DNA of 64,000 nucleotides from an uncultured Solirubrobacterales bacterium (GTDB taxonomy: Bacteria > Actinomycetota > Thermoleophilia > Solirubrobacterales > 70-9): contig OY969122.1 in NCBI GenBank assembly GCA_963698085.1, positions 2,241,472 to 2,305,471 on the forward strand, written 5' to 3'. The translations under genes and the position numbers were made by a program. How positions within the stretch are numbered: the first letter of the stretch is position 1; the number at the start of each line of letters is the position of its first letter. Shown one piece after another: positions 60,456 to 64,000 of the stretch. The notes under the pieces were generated by a model, which searched no databases, had not been told where the DNA came from, and saw only the letters and a program-made list of their open reading frames with translations.

Positions 60456-61074
60456 CCCCTCTGCGCCGGACGGCCAGCGAGGCGGTATCGGGCTCCTCGG
60501 CTCGGCGTTCAACCCACCCCACCTAGGGCATCTGGCCCTTGCCCAGGAGGCGCTCTGGCAGCTCGGCCTCGACGAGGTGGTGCTGGTGCCGACGGGGGAG
60601 GCGCCCCACAAGCGCATCCACGACGATCCCGGCCGGGAGTTGCGGCTCGCGATGACGCGGCTCGCCGCCGCCGATGACTCGCGCTTCACCGTCTCGACGC
60701 TGGAGGTCGAGCGCGACGGGCCGTCCTATACGTATGAGACCTTGGAGCTGCTTGCACGCGAAAAGGGAGAGCCCGAGCTGGTGTTCGTGATGGGGGCGGA
60801 CGCCGCTGTCGGGTTCGAGGGTTGGCGTGAGCCGCGGCGCGTGGTCGAGCTGGCGCGGCTGGCGGTGGCGCGCCGCTCGGGTATCTCCGAGGCCGATGTC
60901 GCCGCGGTGATGCGCAGCGTTGGTGCCGAGGGGCGGGTGACGATGCTGGAGATGCCGCAGTTCGGCGTCTCTTCCTCGGCGGTGCGCGAGCGGGCGGCGG
61001 CCGGCAGGCCGCTGCGCTACCTGGTGCCCGAGGCGGTTGCCCGTTTCATCGAGGAGAAGGGGATCTACTCGTGA
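60448..61074 (+). CDS. nadD: nicotinate-nucleotide adenylyltransferase
   Basis: GLLGSAFNPPHLGHLALA (HxGH) and ISSSAVRE-type VSSSAVRE. Confidence 0.93.
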   Translation: MSSPSAPDGQRGGIGLLGSAFNPPHLGHLALAQEALWQLGLDEVVLVPTGEAPHKRIHDDPGRELRLAMTRLAAADDSRFTVSTLEVERDGPSYTYETLELLAREKGEPELVFVMGADAAVGFEGWREPRRVVELARLAVARRSGISEADVAAVMRSVGAEGRVTMLEMPQFGVSSSAVRERAAAGRPLRYLVPEAVARFIEEKGIYS

Positions 61075-61472
61075 GCGGGCTCGAGTCCGAGACACTGGCG
61101 CGCCGGCTGGCCGAGCTCGCCGACTCGAAAGGGGCGACGGAGATCGTCCTTCTCGACATGCGCGATCTCGCCGCCTACACCGACTTTTTGACGATCTGTA
61201 CGGCGCGCAACGAGCGTCAGGCGCGGGCGATCGTCGACGAGGTGAAGCTGCGGCTGAAGCAGGAGCACGGGCTGCTGCCCGGTGGGGTCGAGGGGGAGGG
61301 GGCCGCGGGCTGGATCGTGCTCGATTATCTGGACGCGGTGCTGCACGTCTTCACCACCGAGGAAAGGGAGCGCTACCAGCTCGAGGACCTCTGGCGCGAG
61401 GCGCCGCGACCCGAGTTGCAGCCCTCCCAAGATGGCGTCCGAGGGCACCTCTACGGTGCCGCGCATGGGTAG
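61071..61472 (+). CDS. rsfS: ribosome silencing factor RsfS
   Basis: DFLTICTARNERQARAIVDEV...WIVLDYLDAVLHVFTTEERERYQLEDLW. Confidence 0.92.
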   Translation: MSGLESETLARRLAELADSKGATEIVLLDMRDLAAYTDFLTICTARNERQARAIVDEVKLRLKQEHGLLPGGVEGEGAAGWIVLDYLDAVLHVFTTEERERYQLEDLWREAPRPELQPSQDGVRGHLYGAAHG

Positions 61473-62166
61473 CTTCAAGCGGGCGCTATTCGGCTACCGC
61501 CGCAACGAAGTTGACGCCGCGATGTCGGCGCGCGATGCGGCGATATCCGCGGTCGAGCACCATGCCGCCGCCGCCGATGCCGAACTTGCCTCGCTCTCGG
61601 GGATGGTGATCGAGCGCGAGCGCGAGATACGGAGCCTGAGTGAGCGCCTGCGTGAGGCGAACGAGCGCCACGAGCGCAGCATCGCCTCTCTGCAATCGGT
61701 CTCCGAGCGGCTGGAGGAGATCCAGGAGCAGGCGCGCGGCCAGGCGACGCGGATCCGGATGAAGGCGCTGCGCGAGGCGGTCGAGGTGAGCCGGCGCACG
61801 CAGGAGCTCGCTGAGGTTCACGAGAACGGTGCCAATGGCTCCGCGCAGGTTGAGCCCAAGGGTGCCGAGGCCGCCTTGGGCGAGCTCTTCGAAGGCTTGA
61901 TCAAGCTCGAGATTGGCCCGCTCGGCGACTTCTCGCAGCTGGTCGGCTTCGAAAACGCCGTCGGCCGCCTGGGCGCCCAAGAGATCTCCGTCGAGCGCTT
62001 CTCCGAGGGCCGGGCGACGCTCTCGATGCGACTCGACGAGCCAGTCGACCTGCTCCGCGAGCTCGAAGAGAATGCCCCCTTCGACTTCAACATCCGCCGC
62101 ACCAGCGGCGACAACCTGATCCTCGACGTAGACGAGGACCAGGGCCCCGAGCAACGCGCGGCGTAG
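61465..62166 (+). CDS. DivIVA-like coiled-coil protein
   Basis: ATG 61465 gives MGSFKRALFGYRRNEVDAAM (DivIVA-type N-terminal motif) followed by coiled-coil sequence. Confidence 0.65.
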   Translation: MGSFKRALFGYRRNEVDAAMSARDAAISAVEHHAAAADAELASLSGMVIEREREIRSLSERLREANERHERSIASLQSVSERLEEIQEQARGQATRIRMKALREAVEVSRRTQELAEVHENGANGSAQVEPKGAEAALGELFEGLIKLEIGPLGDFSQLVGFENAVGRLGAQEISVERFSEGRATLSMRLDEPVDLLRELEENAPFDFNIRRTSGDNLILDVDEDQGPEQRAA

Positions 62167-62237
62167 GACGGGCTCGGCTTCAGATGCATGGGCTGGACGC
62201 TTGACGTATTGACTGGCAGTGTTTTGTCTGCGAACAT

Positions 62238-62654
62238 GTGTTCGTGATCGAGCACAACCCAAACCACAAGGGCAACGTCGCGGAGCTGGCGATCGCGAAG
62301 GAGGCGGCGAGGCTTGGACTGTCGGTGCTTATGCCGCTAACCGAGCACGAGCGTTTCGATTTGGCGATCGGGCTCGGTGGCAAGCTTCTCCGTGTCCAGT
62401 GCAAATGGGCAAACTGCAAGGACGATGTCATTCCGGTTCATCTGGCGAGTAGCCGGCGGGGCCCTGAGGGCTACATTCGCCGCAACTACTCCCCGTCCGA
62501 AATCGATGCGATTGGCATCTACTGCGGTGACTTAGATCGTTGTTTCTTGGTTCCGATCGAGGTGATTGCCGGTCAATGGGCTATGCAACTTCGCTTGGTG
62601 CCGGCGAGAAACGGACAGCGCGCGGCATTACACTTCGCAGACGAGTACGACCTA
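62238..62654 (+). CDS. PD-(D/E)XK endonuclease, group I intron-associated type (PDDEXK_5-like); no stop before the tRNA
   Basis: HKGNVAELAIAKEAARLGLSVLMPLTEHERFDLAIGLGGKLLRVQCKW matches the I-Ssp6803I-type PD-(D/E)XK pattern (E..D..QxK). The frame continues unbroken through tRNA-Ala to 62930. Confidence 0.6.
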
Positions 62655-62727
62655 GGGGCTGTAGCTCAGCTGGCAGAGCGCCGCCGTGGCACGGCGGAGG
62701 CCAGGGGTTCGAATCCCCTCAGCTCCA
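62655..62727 (+). tRNA. tRNA-Ala (anticodon GGC)
   Basis: Acceptor ggggctg/cagctcc with the G3:U70 alanine identity pair. Anticodon stem ccgcc/ggcgg with loop gtggcac. T arm agggg-ttcgaat-cccct. Confidence 0.93.
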
Positions 62728-62765
62728 CTAATCAGGTTTCTTCAAATTGCCCGGCCTCTGAAGAG

Positions 62766-62930
62766 GTCGGGGCCCACGAGTTCCGCAACCACTTCGGCTA
62801 CTACGCGGAGCGGGCGGCGGCCGGTACCGAGATCCTCGTCAACCGCCGCGGGAAGCCGCACGTTCGCCTCGGTCCGGCACGAGGTCGGTGTCCTCGGGTC
62901 CGCCTGCGACGCGAGCGAGAAATCTGTTGA
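62766..62930 (+). pseudogene. Phd/YefM-type antitoxin N-terminal fragment
   Basis: VGAHEFRNHFGYYAERAAAGTEILVNRRGKPHVRLGPA resembles a Phd/YefM N-domain. It has no start codon, an Arg-rich nonsense tail, and overlaps the convergent hydrolase fragment. Confidence 0.35.
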
Positions 62931-63246
62931 GCCGGCGTTCGTAGAGGCCTGGGCCGACGTTCCACCCCTCGCAGTGCCCGGCCTCGGGTGCGCGGTGGTA
63001 GCTCACCCAGCGGGGTAGCTCGGCGGCGAAATCCTCGCTGGTCGAGAGCGGCACGACCTTGTCGTCGTCGCCGTGGAAGAGCAGGATCGGCAGCTGGAAG
63101 TCCTCGCCGTGCTGGAGGGCATCGAGGCTGTCCCAGTCGGCGTCTATACGCGCGCCGATCGCCCACTCGAGTGGCAACGTTGCAATTGCCGGAAACCCCA
63201 TCTCGGTGGTGTTGAACTCGAGGGTCTCCCGCCAATCAGCCACCAT
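62839..63246 (-). pseudogene. alpha/beta hydrolase, C-terminal half only
   Basis: It contains the acid and His boxes (LLFHGDDDKVVP, EAGHCEGW), but no GxSxG nucleophile elbow is present upstream in any frame. The upstream part of track ORF 62839..63543 overlaps a better-supported + strand CDS. Confidence 0.45.
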
Positions 63247-63351
63247 CGCCGGCGGCGAATCCAGCTTCCGTTCCCAGGCTCCCCCGAGCCGACCCCGTCC
63301 ATGCCCGGCAGCGTACTCAGGGACTCGGCAGCGGCTGCCGATGATTGGTCG

Positions 63352-64000
63352 ATGAATACCGCCAACGAGCACGTGTTCTCGCACGGGATGCAGGACACGC
63401 GGGAGGCGATCGAGGCCTGGAACGGCCACCCGGGACCGGTCCTGCGCGACTGGCTCGTCCTCAGCCTGGCGATTGCGCTCGCCCTGCTCGGAGCGGTCTG
63501 GGTCGTTGCCGGCCTGCTGACGCCAGACCTGACCCCAATCCACATGCCCGGGCTGACCGAGTCCACCAGCCCGGCGGACATGCTGCCGATCCTCTGGCGA
63601 AACTCACTGGTCCTGGCCCTGCACGCGACCGCCTGCGTCGCCGGCTTCATAGCCGGCGCCTCAATGCCGATCGCCGCCGCCCAGCGCACCGGCCTCTCAC
63701 GGTGGATTCACGTCAAGGCGGGGGAGTTCGCGATCCTCTTCGTCGCCGCCGTGACCCTCTTCTCGCTGCTGACCCAGGCCCTCTATCTCGGCTTCCAGGG
63801 CGCGACGATCTCCTTCCAGCTCGAGATCTCCCACGCCGCCCTCATCCTCAGCGTGCTGCCGCACGCGCTCCCCGAGCTGACCGCCCTCTTCCTTCCCCTC
63901 GCCGCCTGGCTGATTGCAAGCCGGCGCGGTGAGTGGAACCAGCTCCTGGCGGCCACGTTCATCACCGTCGCGCTCGCCATCCCGGTGCTTGTCGTCGCGG
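63352..64000 (+). CDS. SpoIIM-like integral membrane protein, 3' end outside window
   Basis: This frame is not in the track because it has no stop in the window. It reads MNTANEHVF...LVLSLAIALALLGAVWVV...SVLPHALPELTALFLPLAAWLIA (stage II sporulation protein M-type motif). Third-position GC is very high. Confidence 0.65.
   Translation, partial: MNTANEHVFSHGMQDTREAIEAWNGHPGPVLRDWLVLSLAIALALLGAVWVVAGLLTPDLTPIHMPGLTESTSPADMLPILWRNSLVLALHATACVAGFIAGASMPIAAAQRTGLSRWIHVKAGEFAILFVAAVTLFSLLTQALYLGFQGATISFQLEISHAALILSVLPHALPELTALFLPLAAWLIASRRGEWNQLLAATFITVALAIPVLVVA

Noticed and set aside
62238-62930. A single 230-aa protein, as listed in the ORF track.
   Set aside because: The middle of the ORF is a perfectly folding tRNA-Ala with G3:U70. 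The two flanks resemble unrelated families (a PD-(D/E)XK nuclease and a Phd-like antitoxin).
62839-63543. A full 234-aa alpha/beta hydrolase, as listed in the ORF track.
   Set aside because: The 5' 99 codons overlap a + strand frame with much stronger GC3 bias and SpoIIM-like TM helices, and they contain no GxSxG motif.

Overview
GC-rich bacterial chromosomal segment; the flanking 60-nt lines I hand-counted were 42/60 and 46/60 G+C. Gene content and order look actinobacterial. No rRNA, CRISPR array, transposase or integrase was seen. Most of the window is a housekeeping backbone: msrA; lon; tig-clpP-(2-gene insertion)-clpX-valS-folC-ndk-maf; mreBCD-mrdA-rodA; RNase E/G-rplU-rpmA-obg; proB-proA-nadD-rsfS. 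There is also an NAD-dependent formate dehydrogenase plus class III-type alcohol dehydrogenase pair, a GH15 hydrolase, ctaG, a fused MFS/spermidine synthase and an NhaA-DsbA fusion. I folded four canonical tRNAs by hand: Pro-TGG, Arg-TCT, His-GTG and Ala-GGC. The ORF track is full of long antisense or out-of-frame ORFs typical of high-GC DNA, and I rejected those. The points most worth a second look are: (1) a family of about 120-nt nested-hairpin repeats sitting just after stop codons, with two near-identical copies at 54470 and 59049 and a third with related termini at 39437; (2) a degenerate tRNA-like or inverted-repeat element with its own strong terminator between rpmA and obg; (3) a perfect 48-bp spacerless palindrome at the 5' end of the spermidine-synthase-like gene; (4) a lower-GC islet encoding a three-domain (ScoMcrA-type head, SRA-like, PD-(D/E)XK) putative modification-dependent nuclease plus a small acidic ORF; (5) an acylphosphatase::LigD-3'-phosphoesterase fusion; (6) a PD-(D/E)XK homing-endonuclease-like ORF whose frame reads straight through tRNA-Ala, with gene debris downstream; (7) a SET-domain / unknown / Ser-Thr-kinase operon; (8) several clearly coding regions with no ATG/GTG/TTG available at their conserved N-termini. 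Nothing here can be called a novel system from sequence alone. All function calls rest on motif recognition by eye.
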